A DNA stretch of 64,000 bases, taken from assembly GCA_013239625.1 (NCBI GenBank), contig MU057356.1, forward strand, positions 25,090,971-25,154,970. The letters are read 5' to 3'. This DNA comes from Lama guanicoe. Taxonomy: Eukaryota. Below the pieces are notes generated by a model. It did not search any database. It had not been told where the DNA came from and saw only the letters and a list, made by a program, of their open reading frames with translations. A program made the position numbers and the translations under genes. Shown one piece after another: positions 1 to 13,720 of the stretch (position 1 is the first letter of the stretch; every line of letters begins with the position of its first letter).

Positions 1-119
1 AAAACAAATGGCCAGGAAGAATTGAAAAAAAAAAAAAAAGAATGTGTCACATCAATCCTAGTCAACCACACATGCTTGTGGGGTGGGATCCAGAGGAAGT
101 TGTTTTTATATCCTCCTCG

Positions 120-180
120 CACCCTACTTAATGCCTTAAGCATGAAGCTCAATAAATATCAATTGAATAAATGAATGAGA
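120..180 (+). mobile_element. L2 LINE 3' end fragment
   Basis: 'gctcaataaatatcaattgaataaatgaatga' matches the typical L2 3' terminus. Confidence 0.6.
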
Positions 181-576
181 AAAAGCAACCTCAAAAGATT
201 AAGCTTGATTTAGTTTGAGAGGCAAGTATATTTTACTGTATCTTCCCATCCTTCACCCAGGATATATATGGTATTCTTTTAAAGTGAGAACTTGCTTTAA
301 AGATAATCCAGTCCAGAAAATAATTGAAAGAAAGCTTCAGAGTGGACTCCTGTAGCAGATGGAGCCTGAATGAAGTGGCCATTTCACTTCTACTGTCTCT
401 GGGAACCAAGGGAAAATCCTGGGCACAAACTTCTTTCTCTCTTACCAGATCTCTGTATAGCATTTCTCAAAGCAGCAAAAAGCTATTCTTTTCTTCTGTT
501 GGGAAAATCACTTTATATGCATCTCATACCAGTGTTTACATGAAAAACAGTTGTTAGCTGATTTAAAAACAAGTTA

Positions 577-1090
577 CAAGACATGGAAACAGCCAAAATG
601 TCCATCGACAGATGACTGGATAAAGAAGACATGGTATATTTATACAATGGAATACTACTGAGCCATAAAAATGACAACATAATGCCATTTGCAGCAACAT
701 GGATGTCCCTGGAGAATGTCATTCTAAGTAAAGTAAGCCAGAAAGAAAGAAAAATACCATATAAGATCGTTCATATGTGGAATCTAAAAAAAAAAAAACA
801 TAAATACAAAACAGAAACAGACTCGTAGACACAGAGTACAAACTTGTGGTTGCCAAGGGACAGACTGGGAGTTCAAAATTTGCAGACACTGATAGGCATA
901 TGCAGAATAGAATAACAAGCTTATACTGTATAGCACAGGGAAATATATACAAGATCTTGTGGTAGCTCACAGTGAAAAAAATGTGACAATGAATATATGT
1001 AAGTTCATGTATAACTGAAAAATTGTGCTCTACACTGGAATTTGACATAACATTGTAAAATGACTACAGCTCAAAAAAAACGTAAAAAAA
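577..1090 (+). mobile_element. 5'-truncated young L1 (camelid/cetartiodactyl type): end of ORF2, 3' UTR and poly-A
   Basis: L1 motifs 'atgccatttgcagcaacatggatg', 'tatgtggaatctaaaaa', 'tatactgtatagcacaggga'; A-rich tail; target-site duplication (TSD) aaaaa(t)caagtta at 565-576 and ~1088-1100. Confidence 0.9.
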
Positions 1091-1449
1091 AATCAAGTTA
1101 GAATGAGCTACAGTTATGCAATTGATGACAGTATTTTCTGTTCGGATTTTAAATGACCAGTGTTTAAAAATAGTCTTTTAATGAGACAAAACCAGCTTTA
1201 TTTGCATTCTAAATCACTCAACCACTATCAGATCTCAAAATAATTTTTTTTTAGTAAAATAAAAAGGAAAAGAGAATGCCTGGGTACATCTACCAAAAAA
1301 GTTCATTGAGTTTAAAACACATTGCACTGGTCACTTTTTACATACATACACAAGCTGTGCCATTTGGTATCTAAAAGGAAGGCTTATCTAATTAAAATGC
1401 TAAAATTGTAATATACATCCATGAATATAATCAAATAATTTTAAAAGAA

Positions 1450-1780
1450 GAAATACAAGACAGCAGACATATTGAAAACCATTTGATTCACTAATAATGG
1501 TTTTCAATTTCAAATTCAAAACAGTAAGATAACATTTTGGCTATTAAGTAAAGAATTTTTTTAAATAATAAGAAAGAAGAAATCATTGCTAATGCTGGAA
1601 AAGACTCAGTGAAACAGGAACCCTCAGACACTTCTAGTTAGAGTGCAGATTACAACTTGACATTAGCTCTCAAGAACCTTAAAATACTGATATTCTCTGA
1701 CTCACCTAATCTCACTTTGGGAAATACCCCTAATGATTCTAAATGCCTATGACACAATTTGTAAGCAAGTATTCATTTTG
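1450..1780 (+). mobile_element. Old L1 (L1ME-like) ORF2-end fragment
   Basis: Degenerate 'tgctggaaaagactcagtgaaacaggaaccctcagacact...ctctgactcacctaatctcactttgggaaatacccc'. Confidence 0.5.
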
Positions 1781-4700
1781 CCAAGCCTCTCCCTAATTAA
1801 AATTTTATAAAAGACCAAGTGTGGTTGACACTCCCCTTCTGGCCCTTTCACCTCCTCACTGTCTCCCATTCCCTCCTTTCAAGTTCTCAAGGTCTCTGTT
1901 ATTTTTATTCCTTGGCTACCCCTGCTCCCCTTACAAAGGCATAAGCTACAGGCCAGGAGAGGTACTAGACTGAGCAGGAAATAGACCTGGCTGGCTTTTC
2001 TGAAGTCATGCTCAATTCTTTAATCTCATAACAGCTACTCTGTCTACTTATCTCAAAGTGTTACTCATACTGGGCATCTCCAGGATCACATGTGCTACAT
2101 GGAAAGAAAAGAAATCACTGATGGAAAATAGGAGATATGAAAATTATTTTCAAGAAACAAGGAACAAAGCAGACTAGAGGGGCAATCGGTTATACATACA
2201 AAAAAAATCCCTGAACATAATTTCACGTGAGCATTAAAGCCATGCCTGCTGGCATTATACCTAATTGCCTTATCCATTTGTGCAGGCCATCATTTCCAAA
2301 ATTACTTTCTTGATTGAGTATATGTGTGCTGCCTTTGGCATTCTTTATCCCTACAAAGATTTGAAAAGATTGAAAAAGAGGGATGTAATCTGAGATTGGC
2401 CTTTACATTTTAACAAAAAGGAGGAGGTCCTGGGCTTTGTAGCAATTCAAGTAAAAGTAAAAATTTATTTCTATCTACAAGCAGAAGCCTAAGACTCACT
2501 ATGGGGATATATTGGTAGAAGTGAGGGTTGTGACTGAGATGGTTTGGCATTTGTCTACACAGATCCACACCTAGTATTTGCAGGGTTTAGGGCAACACTA
2601 CAGACAGAGACCCCCAGCTCACAGGACCCTCACTCTCTCATTCTCTCTTCCACTCATTACCACAAGGTGAGGGACCGCAAAAGCATACCTGGGACACACA
2701 CCCAAAAATTCAAGCCCCACCCACGTACCCCTGAAACAATTGTCCTTTGTCCTCAGATTTAGAGAAGTCTGGTAAAATGGCACACAAAATTTTATATAGT
2801 CCACCTAGAGTGTGGACTATAAGGGGAGAGTGGGTTTTAAGTGGACATATCCCCTTGGTCCCCAGTACACTCCTATCCATGTGGCGACTGAATCAATCAG
2901 AAAGAAGACTAGAGGGGTTTCTACTAAAGCACTGAGCCTAAGGCAAGAGTCAGATTGCCAAGGTCTGCAGTGGTCTTGGATCTATTATACATTCATTCAT
3001 TCTGAGTATGGAAGAAAAGGAACTAAATGTTCCTACACCCACAGTATTTTCTTCCCTTCATTTTGATGGTGATAACAATATATTGGCAAGTTACTCAATA
3101 TGATAATCAGTATCCTAACTGGGGATTGGTCTTGAAGGTTTTGTTGGATTTTCTCACAGATGAAAATAAGATGATTATCAGTCTACCTATAAATGACAGG
3201 CCAAGCTTATGACAAGAGAGAAGGACTCATTGCCCTTACCCCATGTACCAGAAAGACACTGAGAGGAGGAGCAGGGAGGAGGGGCTTTCTCAACACCATT
3301 AGTTTGTTACAGATGTCTATACTGGGAACATTACTGTTACATGGAAATCATGACCACATGTTTTTCTGGGCTCTTAGCACCCCATATGCATCATGGCACA
3401 GTCAGTGAAAACACTGATATTCACATTTAGAAAATATGCCGAGAAAGACTGAATCACATTCCTTTGATATAAGAGGCGTGTTCCATTACTCCCAGGAAAT
3501 GTGTTAAATTGCTGGACTGGGAGTCTGACAATTTGCAGATAGCCTGGATGTGTCTGATGCTGCCTAGGCCACAAATTTCTCCTGCCTCTGTTAAGAGTTT
3601 TCTCCTACAAGTAGAATTGTGCCATGATATAGACTTAAATAAGCACAGTTCATTCACTTTATATCGATGAGTCACAGACACACAGGAAACACATGGTCGT
3701 TAGACTGGACCAGTGAGTCAGACAATCTCTCTCTTGATAACCAATCTCTTACTTTATTTCTTAATAATAATCCATAATGCCTAGTCCTTTTTAAAAAATA
3801 TATTACCAGCCATGATTACTCAATCCTTAAACCTAATTTTACACTTAATGGTGTTCTGGAGACAAAGCACTTTCCTCCGGCCAGCCCAGGCCTCCTTGCC
3901 TTTAATTCATCATGTATCATTTCATTTAAATATCAAACTTGGGGCTGGATATCCAAGTACCATTCTGTTTCCACACTCAGAGCATGCAGTTATGGCTGGA
4001 TTTGCACAGCAGTCACCCAATCGCTGCAGGGACTTGTGAAATGTAATCAGGGAGTAATGTGTGTCGGCACTGTGAGGTCCCCGGGGCCAGGTGCTACATA
4101 AATACAAGGTATTAGAATATTCTGACCTGTGGGGGTGGACAGTGCTTTGATACATTCCCAATACATTGAACTGTGACAGGCCTCTGCACAAAAGCACAAG
4201 ACAATCAGCAGCTGTCTTCCTCTTGCTGCAGAAACCTCAGTGGGAGACAATCTTACCTGGATTGCAATAGAAGCCATGATTATCTCCATCTCTTATTAAT
4301 TTCCTTTTCCACAACTAAAAATACGCAGCTCCAACTGCCTCTCTTTATTAAACAGATCCTGATAAGATTCAAATGATTCGTAAATTCTCTTTCATGATTT
4401 TTCTGAATAAATGAACATTTAGGAAGAAGAAACAAACAACTGCAGCCAGATTCTTCTATAGCTGAGATCTTAGTTCAAAAGATGAGTCTTGACTGTGTTC
4501 ACTTTAAATACTGGTACATTAGGAGATTGCCTTAAGAACAGAGTATCTATGTAATCTAGCAGAAGCATCTAAGTGATCCAGCTGAGTATCATATTCCTCA
4601 CTTACATAATAGCTACATGATAGCGATCTAGGTGCAACTCCAGCCAATACTGAATCTGAAATAACAGAAACACCATAACACTATCTCCTATAAATGAAAT

Positions 4701-7699
4701 TTCAGATGATAGCGGTACACGACAGAGTTATTTTTATCTATTTATTCATCTTAAATAAAGCCTTGTGAATTTTTAAAGGGCAAAAACCCTGGCTTATTCA
4801 TGTTTGCAGAAAGTGCACTAGACTTTTAATATATGTTGACTAACAGCAACAGAGCATGCTTTAGAGCCCATCAACGTCCTCATCAAACACTTTGGAAAGG
4901 AAAGAGAAAGTGAACGCTTTACCCAGTATCCCATAATTACCCAATGTAGAGTCAGCATTGGGATCAGAATTACAATCAACCTATCAAGACCGTAGGAAAG
5001 ACAAGAACGGAATACATAGTAACATCCGTATTGCGCTCTTCCTGTACTGTTTCTGCCTCTCACACCAATGGGTGCACACACACACTTTAAAACACAGGTC
5101 AATTTTCCATCTGGAGACTAGAATGCAAGTAGAGTCTTACCTTAGACCAGAACTTTAGGAAAAATGAGTTAACACAGTCAGCTGACAGCAGAGTAACAAG
5201 CTATTCTAATTCAAAGGTCAATGTGAACATGTGAACCCAGAGAACTGTTACTCAACATCGGTAACAGGATAGTCCATCTTTCAAGAATAGGTAGAAATAT
5301 GGGAATAGGAATATACAGAGAACCTCCAGGAAAGCATTCTGGGGGCATAACATGAGATTTTAAAATGGTAGGTAGGTGATTTTTCCCTTGGAACCCTTCA
5401 GTAAACCCTGTATAAATGTGCCCTTCCAAAAGTCCCCTTAATTTAAAATGTTAGCTCCCATCAGATAGTGAAGTTTGAGTTGAAATTTAATTACCTACGC
5501 CTTTGTATAAATGAAATTTCATAATAAATGACTCCAGTTGCAGATGCAACATGACTGAAAGTCAAGCTGCATTGCGTAGAATGCTGTGCTGACTGAAAGT
5601 TCAATGTTCCTTCCTTAATCAGAAATCTGACTCACCAGATAACTGTGTTAGCTTTCAACATGACCCTCCATTGATTAAATTTTGCCCAAACTCAGGGAAT
5701 TAAATGGAAAGGAAGAATAGGATTGGTTTTATTTTGTTTTCAGCTGAAATGTCTTATTCGTCAGATTACTCTGAATAAAAATTTACCTGTTATAGTTTAG
5801 ACTTTATCTGAAATACAGAATGCTTATTTGTAGTCAAAATGGATTTTAGTTCTTGGGTTGCCAGTGGCTTACATTCATTAGAATCAGTGATTGTTATTGG
5901 CTGTGGAGTCTATCACATGATTGCTAAATCAGGTAACACTGGTGGAACAGAACTGATTATTTAATCATAGACAGTTTAAATCATTAAACAAGGGAGTTCT
6001 ATTTACATGCACACCGGAGTCTAAGAAAGCTGCATTTACCAGCAGGGCCAGTGGGAGAAAAAGACACATATTTCTAACTATTAAAACAGAACAACAGAAA
6101 TAACCCTCAATTTTAAAGTGAAGTAACCGGGCCGTTCAAAGATTAAGTGGCTTTTTTTCAGAATTATTTCACTAGTTAATAACCTACATAGGACTAGAAT
6201 GTAGTCTTCTAGGTCTTAGACTAGGTCAAAGGGGTTTATCCTTGGAATGTACACTTAACAAACATTCTTTCAATGGACGACACACAATGCCTTTTAAGTA
6301 AGTCCTTGCTCTGCCAACAGGGATTTAAATTTTAGTCTCCTAAATAGTAGGCTGAAATTATGACCTATACCAAGGAATACAGATAGACAGATTAGATAGA
6401 GAGATAAAAAGAGAGGTTCAGTGTGGGGGAGAGAGAGAATGAATGAGTGATTCCTCAACCTCTAAAGTGAGAAATTATATTATTTTTACCATGTAGGAAA
6501 AATTTTTGCTATCTGTTTGAATATTTCTAGATGTTCCGAAGCAAATACTCTGGTGCTTTGCGTTGGAATGACATATGAGTAATATTTAGCCACATGTCTA
6601 TGTAAAATGTTTCCAATTACCCAATCCTGTTTTCCTGTTGACAGTGAGTTTAAGGGGAAAACTTCTTTGTGGATCTGCTTGCTTCCTTATGGAAATTTCA
6701 GAGGCCTTTCTTCCCTTTTAGAAAAGGAAGTCATGTATCAAGGAAGGAGAATAGTAGGTCTGGTAACAGAGCCAGGCTCCTCACGCATTCAGATCACTTG
6801 TGATGAAAGAGTAAGAATAGAGACCATCCAGGCTCGGGGCTTTCCAGGCCTTCTGTGCACTTTCCTTCCTTCTTCCCATCCTTCCTTCTTCCTCACCATC
6901 TCTTTTTTCAAGCAACAGATCACATTTTAAAAGCACATGGAAACTGTAGCTACTAATCCTGAAACCCACTACCCATTGAATCAGGGGCATTCCATATCAT
7001 TAGAGGACGCCAGATACTGCTGGGTTACACAGAAGTCAATTCCTATATTTAGAGTTTTGACACTCACGGCAGTTAATAGCTCAAAAGACAGTTTTTCTAT
7101 TTCAGGAACGAGGATTTTGAAAGAAGAAAGCATCTACTGAAATGGCAGTTTTGATAAAAATAAGAGCATTAATTTTATACCTCATACAATAAGGTTAGAA
7201 AAAATGCCAGATTATGTAGAAGCCATTTTCCACTCTTAAAGAGAAAAATTTCAACCAGCTGGGAGGAAGAAAGGACAGTCAAATGGATAACAAGAGAATG
7301 AGTTGCTGGTCATGGTTGGTGGGGACAGTTGCAAAGGAAATCCAGATAGGACTGAGGGGTCTGGGAGCCAGAGAAAGGCATATCCCCTATTCAAACCCCC
7401 ATTAGGGGTGGCAGAGAGCCTTGCAGAGAAGGCTTCCTCTTCAGTGTGGGACTACAACTGTGAACAGAAATGCTGGCAGGTCAGGTGTAGGTAAAGAAGG
7501 TCTGAGGAAGCCCTACCCTCAGGTTGCACAGCCCAGAGGGGTTAGGGAGCAAATGCGAAAATTTCAGGTGACCCTCAAACGGGAACACAAGTGGACAAGG
7601 AAGGGAACCAGACTATGATTACATCTGGGGCACCCAGGAGCTGGTGGTTATGGCGCATCAGGGACAAGAGCAGCAAAGATAAAAACTGATCACTAGGGT

Positions 7700-8350
7700 T
7701 GGAAATGTATGTCCACACACAAACCTGCAAGCAGATGGATGTAGTCTTATTCATAATTACCAAAACTTAGAAGCAACCAAGGTACCCTTCAGTAAGTGAA
7801 CAGATAAATAAACTGTGGCACTTCCAATCAATGGAATAGTATCCAGTACTAAAAAGAAATGAGCTATCAAGTCATGAAAAGACATGGAGAAAACTTAAAT
7901 GCATATTACTAAGTGAAAGAAGCCAACCTCAAAAAGTTGCATACCATATGACTCTGACTATACTACATTCTAGAAAAGGCAAAACTATGGAGACAGTGAA
8001 AAGATCAGTTGTTGCCAAGGATGAGGGGAGGGGCAGGGAGGAATGACTAGGAGGAGCACAGAAAATTTTTAGGGCAGTGAAAATACTCAATATGATACTA
8101 TAATTATTACATGTCATTATGCATTTGTCCAAACCCCAAAATACACACCACCAAGAGTCAGCCCTAAGGTGAACTACAGACTTTGGGTAATTATGCTGTG
8201 TTGATGTAGGTTCATAAATTGTAACAAATATCCTACTCTGGTGGAGGATGTTGATAACAGGAGAGACTATGCATGTGCAGGGGCAGGAGGCATGTGGGAA
8301 ATATCTGTACTTTCCCCTCAATTTTGCTGTGAACTGCACTAAACAAATCT
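7700..8350 (+). mobile_element. L1MC1-like 3' end
   Basis: 'aaaagaaatgagctatcaagtcatgaaaagacatgga', 'aaaaggcaaaactatggagacagtgaaaagatcagt', 'ctactctggtggaggatgttgataac'. Confidence 0.85.
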
Positions 8351-8748
8351 TAAAATACTGTCATTTGCAGCATAGTGGATGGACCTAGGTAATATTACGC
8401 TTAGTGAAAGAAGTCAAACACTGTATGATGTTACTTATATGTGGAATCTAAAAAATAATACAAATGAATGCATATGTAAAACAGAAACAGACTCAGATAC
8501 GGAAAATAAATTTGTGGTTACCAAAGAGGAGGGGGGAAGGGGAGGTATAAGTTAGGGGTACAGGAATTAACAAGCTATTACATATAAAATAGATAAGCAA
8601 CAAGGATATACTGTATAGCACAGGGAATTTTACTCATTATCTTGTAATAACCTATAATGGAAGAAAGTCTGCAAAAATACTGAATCTATGCCATACACCT
8701 CAAACTAACACAATATTGTCAATCAACTATACTTCAAAAAAAAAAAAA
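8351..8748 (+). mobile_element. Younger cetartiodactyl-type L1 3' end inserted at the tail of the L1MC copy
   Basis: 'tatgtggaatctaaaaaataatacaaatgaa', 'caacaaggatatactgtatagcacagggaa', 'aatcaactatacttc' plus poly-A. Confidence 0.85.
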
Positions 8749-9109
8749 CTGATGGCTGAAGACTAGCAAAAACGAGTGTATGGCTGCAGACAAGAGTGTA
8801 GGATTAAATGTCAGTAAACCATACATCCACTTCCTCCCACTGGCAGATGGTTTTCAAGCCCCAGAGGTAGATTCAGAGCTGAAGAGAAGAAAGGAAAGCA
8901 GACCTTGAGGTTCCTTAGTGCAAACTGAATTGACCGAGAACCAGAGTGGAGGCATTAAAATATAATTTAAGCGCAATTAAAGAAAACAGAGGAAACAGAA
9001 GTTTGCACGTTTATTGTCTGCTACACCCAGCAAATAAAAGTAGTGATACTTTGGTGCTCGTTGGTTAGAAGCCCGCCTCACTAGCTCAGGCTCATAGAAA
9101 TCTTCCAAG

Positions 9110-9295
9110 GCAAGTTTCCTAAACCTGGGTGCTGCTGGGATTTGGGGCCACATAATTCACTGTCACAGGAGCCAGCTCGGACACTAGAGGATGTTGAGCA
9201 GCGTTTGTGGCCTCTGCCCACCTGATGCCTGTAACACACACATTCCCCAGACGGGACCAAAATGCCCTCTGGGAATGAGGGGCTGAGAACCACTG
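9110..9295 (-). mobile_element. MER20 (hAT-Charlie non-autonomous DNA transposon)
   Basis: Reverse complement starts CAGTGGTTCTCA and contains 'ggcatcaggtgggcagaggccacaaacgctgctcaacatcct' and 'gaattatgtggccccaaat'. Confidence 0.8.
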
Positions 9296-9369
9296 TGGCA
9301 GTCTCCTCCTGCAACCCTGAGAAAGAAACCCCAGACCTCCACAGAGCAGCTTATGAACAACAGATGTAG

Positions 9370-9500
9370 CCCATTGCTCATTCACAAATGCAGAGTTGAA
9401 GCCAAGGTAAGTAAATTGACTTTTATGCTGCCTCAATGTAAATTAAGGAGAGAGCCAGGATTATGACCCAGATTTCCTGACACTGAATTCTGTGCTTTTC
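9370..9500 (-). mobile_element. MIR SINE fragment
   Basis: 'gagagccaggattatgacccagatttcctgacactgaattctgtgctttt', antisense tRNA-head/core pattern. Confidence 0.6.
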
Positions 9501-9929
9501 TTTCCTAGAATTTGAAACATCTCAAAAAGCTGGTAGAAACCTGACACATAACAGCAACTTCTAATTACGTATTGAATGAATGAAGGGTTTAGCCATTTGG
9601 ACCATGCCATGTCCCTGGACATTTCAGGACCAATGGAGAACCATTACCCCAGACTTTCAGAAAGTGGCAAAGACACTTCTAGAGGTCACACTATACCTTT
9701 CAGTATTAATTCTAACACTCATCTGTACATCTATGAATCCAAAGTCACTGCAGAAAAATATCACTGGCCAATTTCGGATTCAATGCTAACAGTCATGCTA
9801 CATTCAAGGCTTTGAAGATGGTGAACGTGGAATGAACATTTTATATTTCCCAGGGCTCAGGGATGATGAAGCTGTTGAAGCAGCCATGTGTCCCCCTGAG
9901 TTAGGTCCAGCCTCCACTATGCAATACAA

Positions 9930-10135
9930 AGCTCCCTTCGTACTCATGAGCTTAACAGCACACCTTGAATTTTACTCAAATGTGCTCATGTACTGTCAGT
10001 ACCAGTGTGCTGTCATGTTTTCCCTATAAAATTATAGGTGGCTCTAAAACTGATAATGTATTTTTCTCTGCTTCTTTTATGTTTTCTATTATGTCTACCT
10101 AGCACAGTACTGGGCACCAAAGAGCAGACACTCAG
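9930..10135 (+). mobile_element. L2 3' fragment
   Basis: 'cctagcacagtactgggcacca...gacactcag' tail motif. Confidence 0.5.
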
Positions 10136-10429
10136 ATTCAAAAACTGCTAACCATAACTCTATAGTGACGTCTTTAATTTATTCAGAAACTGGGTGCCCT
10201 AAGGGCTGTAATCTGTCTGCCGCAGACAGGCCAAGAGCTCTGATTCTATTTCCTATCCTTATTTATTAATGTGTAGCTGGATGGCACATTATCTGACATC
10301 AGAAGCCAGTGGCAACTTTCCAATCTGTGTTTCTAATAGAGATAAATGTTGAACAGAGGTTGCAAACTGGCTGACAGCCCACCAAAGGCAGCCCTAGGGT
10401 AAGTTCTGCTTGGCCATTTATTAAAGGCT

Positions 10430-10650
10430 ACAAAGCTAGGCAGTGGTTGTGCTCAGTCAATACATGCGACTTGGTACCAAACCCACCTCACCAGTTACGT
10501 GACTTCGCTGTGCCTCTGATTCCTTACGTGAAAAATGGAAATAACAGAAGTTCCTATTAATGAAGTTGCTGTAAAGATTAAATTAATTAATAAATAGAGA
10601 CATCTTAGACACACCTAGCACAAATTAACCTCTCCATAAGTATTAGCCAT
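10430..10650 (+). mobile_element. MIR SINE
   Basis: Core 'ctgtgcctctgattccttacgtgaaaaatggaaataacag...gttgctgtaaagattaaat' and tail 'ataagtattagc'. Confidence 0.75.
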
Positions 10651-13569
10651 CATCTTCTTTATCATCACCACTACAAAGACCATTAGAAGAGGTCTAACCA
10701 TGAAACACTTGCCTAGCTGCCTTTTCAAGGACTAGAGTCCTTGAAACCATTTAGCAACCAAATAACCAAACACACAGGCTTAAAGTATAAATTATTTAAA
10801 AAGGTAAACTTTTATATATTAAGATAATCATAGAGCTATTCATAATTGAAATAGTAAAAAATATCTTTTAGTATTAAATGACAGTATTAAGTGATATGAA
10901 AAGCCTTTATTCTTCCTAAGACTCTTTGTTAACTCCAAGTCAAGTCTTCAAGGTCTTAGTAAACATGTTTCTATTACAAAAATACCTAAACCTAACCCCA
11001 GACTTCAGCCCCTCCTGGTGCCCCAGAGCTCCTCTGGAAGACAGAAAACAGCACGGTTTTCTTATCTATTTTTAGAAGGAGGTCATGTATACCCAGAGAC
11101 AAGACTGTAGCCATCAAAAAGTTATTAAAATATGTGTATTTCCAGCCTTTCTTTTCTCCTGCTAAAGAAAGTTCTGGCTTTGCCCATGTGGCTTCTCCCA
11201 TTCTCTGCCCTCTAAGCAGATGAGCAAGGATGGTTCTTGCAGAATCCTAGCAAGGCTAACAGGCAGAACTAGGAAAAAACCAAACGAAAGAGGATTTGCA
11301 ACAAAAATATATATTCCCAATTTTTTTTTAAAGGATTGAATGGCAACCGAACAGAAAGGGGCAGCAATATAGAAGAAAAGAAAACCTGGTGGCTCACACA
11401 TGCTGGCTTTGTTGGGCTAAATTCAGCTGGAAGATGAGATTTAACGACATAGAGGTGTGGGGTAACAGCAGCCATTCGTGCAGAGGCTACCAGAATGACC
11501 CACATCGGGAAAGATTACTAAAGTGTTTATGTTCATATTCACATAACTCTCCCTCTCCTTCCACTTCCCATCTGATGTTTTCTTAGAAGAGGAACTAAAT
11601 TCGGAAATTTTTTTCAAATGCGGTCTTCTTTCGGACCATATCTTTAAATCAACACCAAGGCCATATAAGACCTTTCACGACAGGTTACACAAAACATCAC
11701 ACAGTGATGAGGGAGGAGTCACACCTGAACTGTACAAATACCCAGGAGTACACATTTAATCAGATTTCAGAGGAGGTGGCATTGTGACTGATTTTTAAAT
11801 TGCAGAGGATGATTCTTTTGGAAAAGGCTGCTCGGTTGCTGCACTGACGCTGCTGACAAAGCACAGCAGGAACCCTTGGAACCACTACAGAAGGACTGAC
11901 ATGGCTTCAACCAAAACCCTGGAGGGAAGCAGCAGAGAATTCCCTGTGCCTGCGGTTCCACTTGTGCTTTCATAGGAGGCAGTAGCAGCAGCAACTTTAT
12001 TAGCAGATACAGCCAGGGCAGCAACGTGGGCTAGAGCCCAGCTGCTCTCTCCCTTCTCTGAAGTGCAATACAAATTAATTTGCCAAAACATCCAAGAGTC
12101 ATCTTTGTACTAAATGATGCATGATTAAAAAAAAACACACACTGGCTATGTTAGCCCTGGCCACATTCATCACCACAATTTGCTAAACATTTATGAGCCC
12201 ACCACTATTTTTGGGTGGCGACAGCTCAGTAAAAGCCAAGAGGACCCTGGAAACGCACCATGCTGCCGATTCTGGAAGGCAGAGCTTCAGATTTATTTGT
12301 TGCCATTTTCAAGCAAAATATTTCAAAGCAATCTAAAGGCTTGAGAGAGCAGGCTTCCCTAATAACCCTGTATCAATCCTAAGCCCCACAGTATGCCACG
12401 GCCTCAAGTGATTTTTTTTAAATAATACTGAAAAGCAGTAGCAAAATATCAGCCAATATGAAAAATTCTGAACAGTAGGAAAAAGAGAGAGAAAGAGAGG
12501 CTATGTAAGAGATTAGTCACGTTTACAAAACATTGATGATTTCTGGTTACTGTGCTTTACTCCTGCGAATGGGAGAAATTCATGCACAACCTACATAGTA
12601 AGGCGTCTTTAGAGTAAATGAACGCAGTTGAATTGTGCGGTTTCACTCGACTTTGAGACTCCTTTCATCTTACATAACAACCAAGCAAAGCATTGCTGCT
12701 CACACCCCTTAGGTTGACTAAGTTGTAATATGAGGCTTGTCCAGGCCCTGTGTGTCCCCGAGAAATTCTCGAGAGAGGGATTCCCCACATTTCTGCCAGT
12801 CCCCAAAAGGCTGAAGTCTGGGTAAGGATAGACATTGCCCAAGCAGCTCCTCCTGACAGAAGCATCTCAGGCTCCTATTTGGGGGAAGACTGAGGTGCCC
12901 TGGTTTTCTTTCCCACACCCTTGCCTGCTTGCTGAAAGGAGAGGCCGTAGCTGGCTTTTAGTCAGGAGGCCATGGAAGTCTCCACTATAATTAAAAAGCA
13001 CAATATCAAAGTGAGCTCTGCCTCTAGCAAGGCAGAGGCTACGTTAGTCAAAGGTCTTTGTTCCTTCCCGTACAGATCATCAAATTCCATTTTAAAAAAA
13101 TGCAAATAAGAAAAACCCCTACAAGGCAGAACAAGAACTCTGTTGAAGAAAAGTCAATAAAACAATTTGCTCTTCAAGGGAGCAGCAGAAGTAATTTCCA
13201 CTTTGATCTTCCATATCTGCATCCTGGTTTGTACCTGATTTATTCAGGTTCTTAGGAAGAATCTCCACATTCAACCTTCTGATTAAAGCTTGTTTTGTTG
13301 GTTGAGGGCAAAAGCTTTTAATTATCTCCATGAAGAATGCTCTTATTGTATTCAAAAAAAAAAAAAGCCCCAGTACCGGAAGAGTGTAAGGGTGTATTAA
13401 TTCACAGGATAACATGGAACTCCTTATAAATCACTTGAACCTGTGAGTCAGGGAGTACATTAGAAGTCAAAATGAAAACTGCACAGAAGCCAAAACACAG
13501 AGCTTTATGCAAAGCTATTCGGAGTTCTGAGCATTTTCCTTGCCAATTAAACAGCCCTATATTTACAGG

Positions 13570-13720
13570 ATTTTATAATCAATTCAACTTGCAACTTATA
13601 AAAGAGGAAACTGAGGCCCACATACATTAATTTACCCAAGATTATCCAATTTACCCAAACTCACCTCCTCAGTGGTGGAGCCAGCACTGCCTCCTAACTC
13701 CCAGCCATTCACTCATCCAC
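13570..13720 (-). mobile_element. MIR SINE fragment
   Basis: 'gaggaaactgaggccca...tttacccaa...agtggtggagccag'. Confidence 0.65.

Noticed and set aside
446-495. 50-nt candidate - strand exon
   Set aside because: Plausible splice sites, but stops in two frames and an unrecognised peptide; expected by chance in 64 kb.
3374-3574. Protein-looking ORF (QHQTHPGYLQIVRLPVQQFNTF...)
   Set aside because: No recognised family and no convincing flanking splice sites.
4257-4314. 58-nt candidate - strand exon (LWKRKLIRDGDNHGFYCNP) with CAG|gtaaga donor
   Set aside because: Weak pyrimidine tract, unrecognised peptide, and it does not chain in frame with neighbouring candidates.
9697-9747. 51-nt in-frame candidate - strand exon (DFGFIDVQMSVRINTE)
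   Set aside because: Mediocre donor (gtatag), short pyrimidine tract, no recognised homology.
12612-12648. Small imperfect hairpin tgaacgca...tgcggtttca
   Set aside because: Stem too short and imperfect to exceed chance.
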